A stretch of 64,000 nucleotides of DNA, taken from contig OZ244960.1 of NCBI GenBank assembly GCA_965222605.1, forward strand, positions 5,184,001 to 5,248,000. Reading direction: 5' to 3'. This document shows positions 1-11,912 of this stretch, piece after piece. Position 1 is the first letter of the stretch. Each line of letters starts with the position of its first letter. This DNA comes from Candidatus Latescibacterota bacterium. Lineage in GTDB: Bacteria; Latescibacterota; UBA2968. The notes beneath the pieces were generated by a model that saw nothing but the letters and a program-made list of their open reading frames with translations, was not told where the DNA came from and ran no database searches. The translations under genes were made by a program, and so were the position numbers.

Positions 1-325
1 CAAGGTCGCCTTGCACGCAGAAGGTAATTACGAGCCAGGATTCTCCGGTATCTGGATCCTGTTCTTTGTATAGCTTGAGATTGCTCGCACTGTGGAATGA
101 CGCTTTAATCAAATCTGAAGCCCGACGAATTGTATCTTCAAGGCCATGGCGCTCGCAAAATTGTTGAGCATTGAGGTCAGCCGGCAGGCCACATACGTGC
201 GGTAATTCGCTCGAGGGTACTGTATCTGGTGGTCCATTTTCTATAACCCAGGATAGGGACCTGCTGGAATTTTCCTCAGTCTTGGACCTTGCTGGTATAG
301 CTGCTAAATTTTTTGCTTGTGCCAT
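1..325 (-). CDS. Hypothetical protein, partial (runs off left edge); possibly an antitoxin-like partner of a HEPN-type gene
   Basis: Not in ORF track. Manual translation from ATG 325 gives MAQAKNLAAIPARSK...LYKEQDPDTGESWLVITFCVQGDL with no stop to position 1; AAGAGG RBS upstream. Function is a weak guess. Confidence 0.6.
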   Translation of the reverse strand, partial: MAQAKNLAAIPARSKTEENSSRSLSWVIENGPPDTVPSSELPHVCGLPADLNAQQFCERHGLEDTIRRASDLIKASFHSASNLKLYKEQDPDTGESWLVITFCVQGDL

Positions 326-357
326 TTGTGCCTCTTATACCGAAGTAAAGCGGTAGA

Positions 358-762
358 TCAACTCGAGATGATGCCACCGCTTGGTGGACCGCCTGCACCT
401 GGCATACCACCTTGCCCGGGCAAGGTACCGGGAACGACGATGCGAGAAGATTCCTGGCGGCGATATTCTTTGGCTTCTTCAACCATTTGGTCAACAGCGT
501 GTTTGATGGCCTGGGGAAATTTTTCTATTGCTTCCCGAAGCGAAGCGGCTTCAATGGGCGCTGAGATTGGCAGAGGTCCCATTTGAGATATGATCTGTGT
601 GGAGCCGATGTATTGGGTAGGACGACTTGTGTCGTCTGTGCCATCGGTGTTGATGGGGATCAGGCGCCGAATTGTGGCGACGCGCAAATCGGTGATGGAT
701 TCTTCTCGATAGAGGTTTTGTTGATCAACCTGAATTTGATCGAGTGGCAACTGGTCGGCCAT
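358..762 (-). CDS. Conserved hypothetical cytoplasmic protein
   Basis: ORF 358..807, likely start at ATG 762 (MADQLPLDQIQVDQQNLYREESITDLRVATIRRL) after a GGAG RBS; Gly/Pro-rich tail. Confidence 0.7.
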   Translation of the reverse strand: MADQLPLDQIQVDQQNLYREESITDLRVATIRRLIPINTDGTDDTSRPTQYIGSTQIISQMGPLPISAPIEAASLREAIEKFPQAIKHAVDQMVEEAKEYRRQESSRIVVPGTLPGQGGMPGAGGPPSGGIISS

Positions 763-853
763 GAGAGTCTCCAAAAAAAGGTTACAGGTCGTGCCCCGCG
801 AGGGCAATTAAATGTTGGCGTAAATATAGGGCAAGTTGTGCAAATACGCACTT

Positions 854-2224
854 TTATTTTACTCTGTTAAGCCCATTGAGCGCGGCAACGCGATAGGCTT
901 CGGCCATTGTGGGATAGTTGAAGGTGGTGTTGATAAAGTACATGAGCGTATTGGCCTCACCTTCTTGCGCCATAATGGCTTGCCCGATGTGGATAATTTC
1001 AGATGCCTGAGAGCCAAAACAGTGGATGCCCAAAATTTCAAAGGTCTCGCGATGAAAGATAATTTTGAGCATGCCGGTGAGCCATCCAGTTACCTGTGCC
1101 CGCGCGATATGGCGAAAGTAGGCGTGGCCCACTTCATAGGGGATTTTTTGCACTGTCAGTTCTTTTTCGGTAAATCCAATAGAACTGATTTCGGGAATGG
1201 TGTAAATACCCGTGGGGATGTCTTCCACGAGGTGTTGTTCGCATTCGCCAAAGATAAGATGGGTGGCGGCAAACCTCCCCTGATCGTAAGCTGCACTTGC
1301 CAGACTGGGAAATCCAACGACATCGCCAACAGCATAAATATGGGGTTGGGCGAGTGTCTGGTACGCGTCGTTGATGAGAATAGAGCCGCGTTCATCGGTT
1401 TCGATTCCGATATTTTCCAATCCCATGTTGTCCGAGTTCCCGGTGCGCCCTTGCGCCCAGAGGAGAATATCGCTGACAATTTGTTTGTTGGATTTCAGGA
1501 ATACGCGCACTTCTTTGTCATTGGCTTCAACGCGGTCGTATTCTTCGTTGTGGCGAATACGCACTCCGTTTTGGCTGAGATGATAACTGAGGGCGTCGAT
1601 GATTTCGTCGTCGAGATAGGATAGCAATTGACTGCGGCTGTTGATGAGATTGACTTTTATGCGCAGGCCGCGGAATATGGATGCGTATTCGCAGCCGATT
1701 ACTCCCGCACCATAAAGGGTGATAATGCGCGGCGTTTCTTTGAGGCCCAGTATGGAGTCGCTGTCGCGAATCCGCGGATGGGAAAAGTCGATGTTGGGTG
1801 GGTGATAGGGGCGAGATCCGGTGGCGATAATAAATCCCCGGGCGGTGTAGCGCTCAGATCCTCCATTGAGCAACGCGACTTCGACGGTGTGCTCATTGAC
1901 AAAAGATGCGCGGCCCAGGATAATATCGACATCATTGCGTTCATAATAGCCTGTGCGCAGGTCAACCTGATGTCCGATGAGGTCGGCGGCTCGGTCGAGC
2001 AAGTCGGGAAAACTCGTTGTGCGGTGTGCATTGGTATCGATGAGTTGTTGGACATAGTGGCGCAATGCTTTGCTCGGTATTGTGCCTCTGTGCGTGCTAT
2101 TGCCGCCCACATTTTTGAAATTGTCGATGACGGCAACGCGCTTCCCTTCCTTGGCGGATTTCATTGCGGCGCCTTCTCCGCCGGGGCCAGTGCCTATCAC
2201 GATGATGTCGTAGTCGCAGGTCAT
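854..2224 (-). CDS. sthA: Soluble pyridine nucleotide transhydrogenase
   Basis: [14 protein letters not shown] motif, [16 protein letters not shown] lacking the redox Cys pair, [12 protein letters not shown]-terminal [20 protein letters not shown]. Confidence 0.93.
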   Translation of the reverse strand: MTCDYDIIVIGTGPGGEGAAMKSAKEGKRVAVIDNFKNVGGNSTHRGTIPSKALRHYVQQLIDTNAHRTTSFPDLLDRAADLIGHQVDLRTGYYERNDVDIILGRASFVNEHTVEVALLNGGSERYTARGFIIATGSRPYHPPNIDFSHPRIRDSDSILGLKETPRIITLYGAGVIGCEYASIFRGLRIKVNLINSRSQLLSYLDDEIIDALSYHLSQNGVRIRHNEEYDRVEANDKEVRVFLKSNKQIVSDILLWAQGRTGNSDNMGLENIGIETDERGSILINDAYQTLAQPHIYAVGDVVGFPSLASAAYDQGRFAATHLIFGECEQHLVEDIPTGIYTIPEISSIGFTEKELTVQKIPYEVGHAYFRHIARAQVTGWLTGMLKIIFHRETFEILGIHCFGSQASEIIHIGQAIMAQEGEANTLMYFINTTFNYPTMAEAYRVAALNGLNRVK

Positions 2225-2598
2225 TTTGGATCCAGATATCCCAATTGCACGAGAAAGTCGTCCATTTGCGCGACGGTTTGTTCATAATCTGAGCCATCGT
2301 CGCGGCCGTGGTTGAAAAAGCCATGTCCTCTGCCTTCGTACGCGCAGAGTTCAGAGGTATTGCCCACTTCGCGCATGGCTTTAGTAAACCGTTGGGCCTG
2401 TTCATAAGGGACGGTTTTGTCATCCGTGCCGTGAAAAATTATAGTGGGCGGTAGGTTGGAACAGATGTGTTGAAAAGGTGAGATTTTCCGTGGGTCTTTG
2501 GGAAAACGTTCGGCGAGGCGTTTTAGGCCAGCCACATCGACGACGGGGTTAAAGAGTACCATTGCGTTGGGCTGGGTGATTTTGTATATGCATTGCAT
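2221..2598 (-). pseudogene. Alpha/beta hydrolase (esterase) with N-terminal/central part deleted
   Basis: 125 aa; has PNAMVLFNPV, IFHGTDDKTVP and GHGFFN but no GxSxG nucleophile region; RBS (AAGGGA) and start intact. Confidence 0.65.
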
Positions 2599-2612
2599 GG
2601 TGGGTGTCCCTT

Positions 2613-4292
<1,680 letters not shown>

Positions 4293-4293
4293 G

Positions 4294-5001
4294 CTATTTC
4301 CCCAGATTGTCTGATTCCCAACCGCCGAGTAATTTTTCGGCTTCCTCGAGTTGTTGCTTATCGTTAATTGGCAGCCAAAAATCAGCTTCGATTACTTTAA
4401 TTTTTCGACCTGCTGCAATCAATTTCATCCATACATCGGGCGTTTCATATTCGCCGCGTGCGGATGGCGCGATTTCTGCGTCAAAGAAATCTCTGTCCAT
4501 GACCATCGCGCCGTTCCAAACCAAATTTGAAATAAATGTTTTTGGCTTTTCGACAGAACGAACGAGGTGTCCGTCTTCATCTGTCACCAGAACCCCAAAA
4601 TTTTGAGGATACGCCACACGCGAGCCGACCAGAGCGAGGTCCTGTTGTTGTACGAGATTTTGAAGGCTGCGCGGTCCAAAAATGTCATCGCCAACCATTC
4701 CCAACCACCGCCCGGTGATTGCAGGTGCAGCGACCCGAAATGCATGGGCGATGCCCAATGGCTCTTCCTGAACCAGAAATACAATGCGTCGCCCTCCATA
4801 CGTGCCATCTGAAAAGTGCTGGCGGATCGCCCCCTCGTGTGGTCCCCCCACAATGAATACAAGTTCGCGTACCTCGCACGGCAATCGATCCAGTGCGTGT
4901 TCTACCACGGGCTTTCCTGCCACCGGCAATAAGTGCTTTGGTCCCTTATGGTCCATCGCCATCCGCGTTCCCTTGCCGGCTAACAGCACAACTGCTTGCA
5001 T
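4294..5001 (-). CDS. Sugar-phosphate nucleotidyltransferase (NTP_transferase family)
   Basis: AVVLLAGKGTRM...PKHLLPVAGKP, QEEPLGIAHA, EKP, SARGEYE. Confidence 0.85.
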   Translation of the reverse strand: MQAVVLLAGKGTRMAMDHKGPKHLLPVAGKPVVEHALDRLPCEVRELVFIVGGPHEGAIRQHFSDGTYGGRRIVFLVQEEPLGIAHAFRVAAPAITGRWLGMVGDDIFGPRSLQNLVQQQDLALVGSRVAYPQNFGVLVTDEDGHLVRSVEKPKTFISNLVWNGAMVMDRDFFDAEIAPSARGEYETPDVWMKLIAAGRKIKVIEADFWLPINDKQQLEEAEKLLGGWESDNLGK

Positions 5002-5026
5002 GCATTACTCCTAAAAACTAATTCTC

Positions 5027-6007
5027 TCAATGACTGTCCCGATAGTGCTGTCTGAGAATATCGCTGCCAAAGTCATTGGTCAGGTCGCGCCAGACTGCGT
5101 GGATGTGATTGGCCTCGTCCTGGGTGCAGTCGTATTCGGCGAGGAAGGTGGAGCCGAGTACGCGATAGTAGTGCCCATCGCCGCGATTCACGCCGCCAGC
5201 CCAGGCGAATGCGGCTGTGTCGAGTGAGACGAGATTTGCGCGCTGGGCTTCTGCAATATTGTCGGGCAAGCGGGTGACATATACATCGATAAGCGCGGTG
5301 ACGACGCCGCGTTGTGAGGCGGTCATGTCTTTGAGTTGCAGACCCTCAATTTGGACTTCATCATTTACGCGGGGGACATTGCGGGTGAGGATGTCAGCGG
5401 GTGCTTCGTCACTGATGATCGCCACTCTTTTTTGTTCGCCGTCCAGAGAGGCGAGTAAGTCGCGGGCAAGGTCTTCTTCTTCTTTGAGGGCGCGCAATCC
5501 TTCGTGTTCGCCGTGTCGAACCTGTGCGGGATTAGAGCCGAAGAAGACGGGCGTAGGGGCGACGAGCGTGCCGTTGATTATGGTGTAGTTGACCGAGACG
5601 TGATGGCCTTCAAAACGCCAACTCCATGTGGCGTCACTACCGGGCGTGCCAAAGACGACGAGGTTGTAGAGGTCCGGATCGCGTGGGAACCGCCGTCTGG
5701 GACCTTCTACTTCGGCGAGGATGGGTTCCAGGTTGATGATTGTTCTGGCTTTGGTGCGCGCCTGTTCGCTCAGTCCCGTATCGAGCAGGACAAATGCTTT
5801 GTCGCGCTGGTGGGCTTCCATGTCTTTGAGCGCGAGGCCCAATCGGTCGCGCGGGATGTAGTGCCAGTCACTCCGTGCGTTTTCGTCTTCAAAGGATAAG
5901 TGTGCGGTTGCCGCCTGATCGGGACGCAGTGATGCCAAAAATGACGTGGCAGCATCGGCCATGCGCTTGGCCGTGTCTATCTGAGTATAAAGTTCTTCGA
6001 GGTTCAT
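5027..6007 (-). CDS. DUF3500-family protein
   Basis: WHYIPR, WSWRFEGHHVSVN, FFGSNP, HYYRV, NHIHAVWRD motifs; start moved to ATG 6007 after AGGAG. Confidence 0.8.
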   Translation of the reverse strand: MNLEELYTQIDTAKRMADAATSFLASLRPDQAATAHLSFEDENARSDWHYIPRDRLGLALKDMEAHQRDKAFVLLDTGLSEQARTKARTIINLEPILAEVEGPRRRFPRDPDLYNLVVFGTPGSDATWSWRFEGHHVSVNYTIINGTLVAPTPVFFGSNPAQVRHGEHEGLRALKEEEDLARDLLASLDGEQKRVAIISDEAPADILTRNVPRVNDEVQIEGLQLKDMTASQRGVVTALIDVYVTRLPDNIAEAQRANLVSLDTAAFAWAGGVNRGDGHYYRVLGSTFLAEYDCTQDEANHIHAVWRDLTNDFGSDILRQHYRDSH

Positions 6008-6047
6008 GTTCTCAACTCCTTGTGAATGTGAATGATTTGGTTGATTA

Positions 6048-6881
6048 TCACGGAGAATCTGACCGCTGTTTTCGCCCTCCCAACGTGGCACCGCCATCAA
6101 TGGTGAGTGCTTGTCCTGTGATATTTTTTCCTTTGTCACTCGCCAAAAAGACGACCATGTGGCCGACATCTTCGGGTGTTTGTTCGGTTCCCAAAGGTAC
6201 GCTGTTGCGTATTACATCTTCAAAAATTTCTCTTGCGGTAAATCCCTTGTATGTCGGGTTGTTGTTTTTGATTTGAGACGCGATCATTTCCCATGCTCGC
6301 GTCCAGAGATAGCCGGGGCAGATTGCGTTGACTCTGATCCCACGCCCCGCGAGTTGGCTGGCTAAGGTTCTGGTTAGATGAATAACTCCAGCTTTGGCCG
6401 CGCCATAAGCAGGCATGGAAACGCTGGGCATTAACGCGGCGATAGATGCGATGTTGATGATGCTGGATCCATGGCTAAGATGTGGAATGGCTGCTCTAGA
6501 TGAGACAAAGACGGTCCGAAGATTGGTGTGTAGGTGCGCATCCCAGTCGTCAACGGATAATTCCGTCAGTGGGATTTCCAGTGATGCTTTGGCCGCATTT
6601 GTATCTGGTCCTCCAATGCCCGCGTTGTTGACGAGAATATCGAGTGAGCCGAGTTCTGCAACAACCCGGTCCGTTGCCGAGCGCATGGCGGTTTCATCGG
6701 ATGCATCGGCCGATAGACCTATTGCGGGCGTTTTGAGCGTTTTTGCGGTTTCTTTCGCGCCATCGCCATCCAGGTCAGTAATGGCGATTTTCGCACCTGC
6801 ATCCGATAGGTGTTGTGCAATGGCCGCTCCAATGCCCCGCGCAGCACCGGTTATGAGTGCAACTCGGTTTTGTAATTCCAT
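6048..6881 (-). CDS. SDR family oxidoreductase
   Basis: TGAARGIG, NNAG, YGAAK; start at MELQNR (6881). Confidence 0.9.
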   Translation of the reverse strand: MELQNRVALITGAARGIGAAIAQHLSDAGAKIAITDLDGDGAKETAKTLKTPAIGLSADASDETAMRSATDRVVAELGSLDILVNNAGIGGPDTNAAKASLEIPLTELSVDDWDAHLHTNLRTVFVSSRAAIPHLSHGSSIINIASIAALMPSVSMPAYGAAKAGVIHLTRTLASQLAGRGIRVNAICPGYLWTRAWEMIASQIKNNNPTYKGFTAREIFEDVIRNSVPLGTEQTPEDVGHMVVFLASDKGKNITGQALTIDGGATLGGRKQRSDSP

Positions 6882-6883
6882 AC

Positions 6884-9793
6884 TCACGGTTGTTCCTCTT
6901 CTAATTCCAATCCGAGTGTCTTTCCTTTTTCTACCGCGGGAATACCCGCGCTCATCCATACAGGTGCGGGGGCGTCTTTGAGATAGTGGTCAAAGAATTG
7001 TTGCAGGCGGATGCTCCAATCTTTGCGGTTATGGTGTTTGCGAATGCCGTGTGCTTCCCCGTTGTAATTGACCAGCCAGGCGGATTTGCCCAGGCGGCGC
7101 AGGGCGACAAAGAGTTCGATGCCCTGGTACCAGGGTACTGCGCCGTCGTCGTCGTTGTGCAAGATGAGCAGAGGCGTTTGAATTTTGTCAGCCCAGAAGA
7201 TGGGTGAGTTTTCGATAAACCGCGTGGGTGCTTCCCAGAGTGAGCCGCCGATGCGACTCTGGGTTTTTTCGTATTGCATCATGCGGCTGAGTCCCGAACT
7301 CCATCGGATGCCGCCGTACGCACTGACCATGTTTGAGACGGGTGCGCCAGCTTCGGCCGCTCGAAATATGCTGGTTCGGGTGATCATATAGGCGATTTGA
7401 TAGCCGCCCCAACTGTGGCCCTGTACGCCGATTCGGCCGGGATTGACAAATCCCCGATTTATGAGGTGCGTCACGCCAGAGACAACCGCGTTGACGGCAC
7501 TTTCGCCGGGAAAGCCGACTTTGTAGGGGATGTCCGGGATAAAGATCAGATACCCGCGGCTGACGTAAAATGGGAAATTTATGGAGCTACCTGAGGCTCT
7601 GGGCGTGCGATGGGCGTGTAACTGATGGGACATTTTTTCATAAAAATAGACCAGCATGGGATATTTCTGGGCGGGATCGAAATTTTTGGGTTTGTAGAGA
7701 ATGCCTTGCAGGGGTTTGCCGTCGAGCGAGACCCATTCGACGAGTTCGGCAGTGCCCCACAGGTAGTCTTTTTGTTGCGGATTGATATCGCTTATTTTTT
7801 GTGCATTCTGAAAACTGAGGTCAGAGGTCCAGAGGTCGGGATATTCTTCAAAAGAGGATTGTCTGAAGAGAAGTACGTCAGCTTCTTTGGCTTTTTGGAG
7901 ATTGGAAAACCGTTTGTCGCGCGCGATGAGTTCAGCGGGTTTGTCAGTACCTTCAAGGCGGTCCAGATAGTAGCCCATGGCTTTGGTTTTGAGATTGAAA
8001 CCCGATAGGAGCAAATCGGCTTTGGGATCGCGTGCCCGTTCTTCGGGGTCGAGGCTCACATATCGAAAGCGCGTTTCGGTTTCACGCCCAATCCCTTCGG
8101 TGATGTTGACGGGTGCTTTGCGTCCATTGGGATCGGTGAGCCAGATATCATAGCGGTCGTAAATGAGAAATTCTGCGTCGCCTTTTGTCCACCCGGCATT
8201 GCCATGTGCGCTGGGGGGATACGGCCGGTCGTGCAATTCGTCGTGAATGGGATGGGGGATATTTTTGCTGACTTTGACGCGGATCAAGTTTTTGACATGC
8301 TGAACATACCAGCTTTTTTGGACGCGATCCCACCAGTAGATGTAGTTGGACTCGGGTGAGAGGGTGGGGCGCGTCTGCATCTTTGTGAGTACGCGCGTTG
8401 CCTCACCGGTCTGAATGTCGATCAGATAGCTGTCGTAATAAGCTGGCGAATCCCAGGAGATGAGTTGTCGATAAGGAAGAATCGAAGCGCCTACCGCGAT
8501 ATCGGCATTGCCCTCACTTCCCAGGCGAATATCGGGAATGGTTTCTGTGGCAAGTTGAACGATTTTGCCATTGTTTAGGTGAAAGACGGCGCGATATGTG
8601 CGTTCGCGTTCCTCTTTGGCATCTTTGAGTTGCATGGGTTGGAGGTAAGGGTCTTTCCAGTTCCAGATATCGACTGCGACTTTTTCGTCGGTCGGCGTGT
8701 CGTCCTCTGCTTCCGCTTCTGGTCTGGGTGCGGTGCCAAAAAAGAGGCGGTTGCCGTCTTTGGAAAAGGAGAGGTTGGCGTGTTCGCTGACCCACCAGTT
8801 GGAGGGTATGCCCTTCGTGCCAGATCGGGCGATTTCTTTTGCCTTATCGCTGGAGCCAACGGGCCAGTAATAGAGGGCGTATTCCTGCTGTTCTGCGTTA
8901 AAGCTGTCGCGGTTGGCAATAAATGCGAGATGGAGACTGGATTCGTCAGCGGTGATTTTTTTATAATCGCCCGCGCCCGTGAGAATGGCTGTGGTGTCGC
9001 CCGTGCTGGTGCGAATGGCGTAGATACCATCGGCTGTGCTGTCTTTGTTGGCTGCAGCAAAAATGAGATACGCGCCGCTTTCTGTGAAGGCGTAGGATAC
9101 CACATGGTTATATCGCGTTTCATCACTGGTTTGGAGGTTGCGGAGAACGAGTGTGGTGCCTTCGGATTTTTTGCGCTTTTTCTTTTTGTCGTCTTTCGGT
9201 TCTTCCTTTTTTGCTTCTTTAGTTCCAGGCTTCTGCTCGGGTTGTTTTTCGGGTTTGGATGTTTTTTCTTCAGGTTCGGATGTTTTTTCTTTTTTCTTTT
9301 TTTTCGCTGTACTGTCTTTTTTTGCGATTTCTTTTTCCAGCAAATAGGCGACCCATCCGCTGTTTTCTTTGGGTAGTTTGAAGGATTTGACGCGCGCGTC
9401 CTTAAAGATGTCTCCCGTGGCGAGGGCGATGATGCCAATGGAGTCTTTGGGCGATTCTTCGGGCTTTTTTTTATCGCGGGTCGTTTGTTTTACCGAGTCT
9501 TTGAAGGCTTTTATAAGGGTGATAACATAGTGCGAATTTTTGGTGAATCGAATGGATTCTCCGCGCGGGATCGCGTAGGAACTGTCATCTGTGAGGCTCA
9601 TGATGCGGAGTTCGGTGTCTTTTTCATCCGGGCCGACAGAGAGAAAAACCCATTGTCCATTGTTGGAAATATTGCTGGCGTGCGTGCGATTCCACACGTC
9701 GTACACGTCGTGATCCAGCGGCTTTTTCTGCTGAGCAAAGACGAGTGGAGATAAACTCAAGAACACAGATAGAAGGCATATACACAAACGCAT
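6884..9793 (-). CDS. Secreted S9 family (prolyl oligopeptidase/DPP-like) peptidase
   Basis: Signal peptide, beta-propeller region, GHSWGG, DGAVP, GEAHG catalytic triad; Lys/Glu-rich insert. Confidence 0.9.
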   Translation of the reverse strand: MRLCICLLSVFLSLSPLVFAQQKKPLDHDVYDVWNRTHASNISNNGQWVFLSVGPDEKDTELRIMSLTDDSSYAIPRGESIRFTKNSHYVITLIKAFKDSVKQTTRDKKKPEESPKDSIGIIALATGDIFKDARVKSFKLPKENSGWVAYLLEKEIAKKDSTAKKKKKEKTSEPEEKTSKPEKQPEQKPGTKEAKKEEPKDDKKKKRKKSEGTTLVLRNLQTSDETRYNHVVSYAFTESGAYLIFAAANKDSTADGIYAIRTSTGDTTAILTGAGDYKKITADESSLHLAFIANRDSFNAEQQEYALYYWPVGSSDKAKEIARSGTKGIPSNWWVSEHANLSFSKDGNRLFFGTAPRPEAEAEDDTPTDEKVAVDIWNWKDPYLQPMQLKDAKEERERTYRAVFHLNNGKIVQLATETIPDIRLGSEGNADIAVGASILPYRQLISWDSPAYYDSYLIDIQTGEATRVLTKMQTRPTLSPESNYIYWWDRVQKSWYVQHVKNLIRVKVSKNIPHPIHDELHDRPYPPSAHGNAGWTKGDAEFLIYDRYDIWLTDPNGRKAPVNITEGIGRETETRFRYVSLDPEERARDPKADLLLSGFNLKTKAMGYYLDRLEGTDKPAELIARDKRFSNLQKAKEADVLLFRQSSFEEYPDLWTSDLSFQNAQKISDINPQQKDYLWGTAELVEWVSLDGKPLQGILYKPKNFDPAQKYPMLVYFYEKMSHQLHAHRTPRASGSSINFPFYVSRGYLIFIPDIPYKVGFPGESAVNAVVSGVTHLINRGFVNPGRIGVQGHSWGGYQIAYMITRTSIFRAAEAGAPVSNMVSAYGGIRWSSGLSRMMQYEKTQSRIGGSLWEAPTRFIENSPIFWADKIQTPLLILHNDDDGAVPWYQGIELFVALRRLGKSAWLVNYNGEAHGIRKHHNRKDWSIRLQQFFDHYLKDAPAPVWMSAGIPAVEKGKTLGLELEEEQP

Positions 9794-9868
9794 AGGTGAT
9801 CTCTCAGGAGTAGGTCAAACTTGTGGTCGGATAGTTGTGAACAATATAATAGATATACAGCGATGGGC

Positions 9869-9910
9869 AAAAATAAAAGCCGACGCACACAACGCCGGCT
9901 TTTGTATTTT
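9869..9910. terminator. Intrinsic terminator, probably bidirectional
   Basis: AAAAGCCGACG-loop-CGCCGGCTTTT hairpin flanked by A and T runs. Confidence 0.7.
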
Positions 9911-9928
9911 GGCTCTTTTGGCGAACAC

Positions 9929-10432
9929 TCAGAAATTTGATTCTACACGATATTTAGCAGAGTATTCTTTCAAGTTCTTTTTAATTTGCTGAAACTGCGT
10001 GTATGAACAGGTACCCGCTGGAATTTCAATGGGGTGTTCAGGTTGAGCCTTTGGAACGATTTCTACTCCGTTGATTTTGAGGTGCATTGTCTGGATTTCA
10101 TCCCATGATATTTTTTTAGCGTGCCCGCGTCGCCTGGCTTTGATCTCCAGCCCTTCATTGCTGAATACCACACAAGGTCGCCCATATTTTTTATTGAGAT
10201 AGAGGTCAACGATTATTGAAACGATGATAGCAACACCGCCAAGTAGCTGAATTGTGCCTAATATCCAATCAGCGAGACCATGTATGTGCATAAAGTATCG
10301 CCAGCCCTGGTAGAAGAAGTTGATTCCCAGCAGACACCACACTAATAACCACATGCCCTTCATTCGGCGAAGGTCTTCTGTGTCAAAGTAAATTGTAAAA
10401 GTATCCATGTTGTATTTCCCAAAGTTTTGCAT
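9929..10432 (-). CDS. Hypothetical membrane protein (2 TM plus small soluble domain)
   Basis: Two hydrophobic helices followed by a beta-rich domain; lower GC than neighbours. Confidence 0.65.
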   Translation of the reverse strand: MQNFGKYNMDTFTIYFDTEDLRRMKGMWLLVWCLLGINFFYQGWRYFMHIHGLADWILGTIQLLGGVAIIVSIIVDLYLNKKYGRPCVVFSNEGLEIKARRRGHAKKISWDEIQTMHLKINGVEIVPKAQPEHPIEIPAGTCSYTQFQQIKKNLKEYSAKYRVESNF

Positions 10433-10437
10433 GTGAC

Positions 10438-10683
10438 TTATCGCTTAGTCCTATCCTTTGAAACCTCACCTTGATCATCTTCTGAGATATGGCGGATTTC
10501 TCCAGCGCGTTGTTGTACGATTTCTTGTGCTGCACGTTTTTTGTCTTCGTTTAGCATGAGGTCTGTTGCACCGAGCATCATTGTCGCCGACCCGCCTGCA
10601 CTTTTGCGGCCACCTTTCACAAGCGCGTAAATTGCATATCCTATGACAACAATTAGGATAAGTGTAAAGATGGCGACATCCAT
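10438..10683 (-). CDS. Small single-TM hypothetical protein
   Basis: 81 aa, N-terminal TM, GGAG RBS, tightly packed in the operon. Confidence 0.65.
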   Translation of the reverse strand: MDVAIFTLILIVVIGYAIYALVKGGRKSAGGSATMMLGATDLMLNEDKKRAAQEIVQQRAGEIRHISEDDQGEVSKDRTKR

Positions 10684-10695
10684 AGCTTACTCCGA

Positions 10696-11892
10696 TTAAG
10701 TGTCTCGGAAGACCGTGCTTTCGCGTTCAAACCATTTGGCACAGGCGTAGAGGCTGAGGGCTGCAAGGGCGATGAGTGAGGCATAGACTTCGAACAAAAG
10801 AGGCAATTTGATGGTTCCCGCGAAAATTTCTTTGGATGCAAGCGAGACATTTAAGATCGGTATAAGCGATGTGATAGCATTGAGTTCAATGCCGGGCAAG
10901 ATGCCGATAAATACGGGAATAATAATGATGATGTTGAGGGGGGCCATAATGCTCTGCGCCTCTTTGGACGATTTGGCAAAGATGGAGATAGACATTAAGA
11001 TGGCGGCAAAAAAGATGGTTAAGGGCAAGCATAGAGAAAGGACCAGGAGGATGGATGATATTTCGAACATGCCCTGTAGCGCGTCGAGGATTCTTGCGAC
11101 AATTTCTCGTTGTAACATAACAGCTACAAAAAAACCGATAAAACTATTGGCGATTGAAGCAAACCCCGATAGAACAATCACACCACATTTGCCCAGCAAG
11201 ATCTGAATTTTGCTGACGGGGGCAACGAGCAGTGTTTCGAGGGTGGCGCGTTCTTTCTCTCCCGCGCCCAGATCAAGAGCTGGATACATACAACCCATAA
11301 AACACATTAAGACAAAAATATAAGGCAAAAAACCACCCACGCTTTTTCCGATTCTTTCCCGTTGAGAAGCAATGTCGTGGCGTTTGACCAGTACGGGATC
11401 CACAATCATGCGGTCGAGGGCAAGCCTTTGGAATCGGTCATTGACAATCTGGTTTTCGTAGTCTCGAATCAGACTTGTCAGGCGATTGCGAGATGCGTCC
11501 ATATCTTTGGAAGATTTGAAATAGAGATGAATTTGACCGCGTTGCAAGTTGGCGATTTGGGCATCGAATTGCTCATCAACGCGGATAGCTGCATCTATGC
11601 TGTCGGATCGGATGAACTGATGGATCATGTCTTCTGCTATGTCTTCTCGAATTTTCAGGTCGTCGCGTTTGAGCAGGGTTTCGCGGAACACCTCTGCATT
11701 GCCGTTTGCGATCAGGGCAACGACAAGTGTTTTGGTCCTGACTTTTTGGGTCTGACGAGTGGTAAAGATGGCAGCAATTGTGAATAACAGCGGGAATAAC
11801 AGCATTGGTATGATAAACATCATTATCATCGAACGCCGGTCGCGCGTGATGTCCTTAAATTCTTTTTTGAAGATGGTGAGGATTGGTTTCAT
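10696..11892 (-). CDS. NatB-like ABC-2 exporter permease
   Basis: KKEFKDITRDRR, GAGEKERATLETLL, SSKEAQS, multiple TM helices. Confidence 0.85.
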   Translation of the reverse strand: MKPILTIFKKEFKDITRDRRSMIMMFIIPMLLFPLLFTIAAIFTTRQTQKVRTKTLVVALIANGNAEVFRETLLKRDDLKIREDIAEDMIHQFIRSDSIDAAIRVDEQFDAQIANLQRGQIHLYFKSSKDMDASRNRLTSLIRDYENQIVNDRFQRLALDRMIVDPVLVKRHDIASQRERIGKSVGGFLPYIFVLMCFMGCMYPALDLGAGEKERATLETLLVAPVSKIQILLGKCGVIVLSGFASIANSFIGFFVAVMLQREIVARILDALQGMFEISSILLVLSLCLPLTIFFAAILMSISIFAKSSKEAQSIMAPLNIIIIIPVFIGILPGIELNAITSLIPILNVSLASKEIFAGTIKLPLLFEVYASLIALAALSLYACAKWFERESTVFRDT

Positions 11893-11912
11893 GGCACCCT
11901 CTTATGGTAAAT

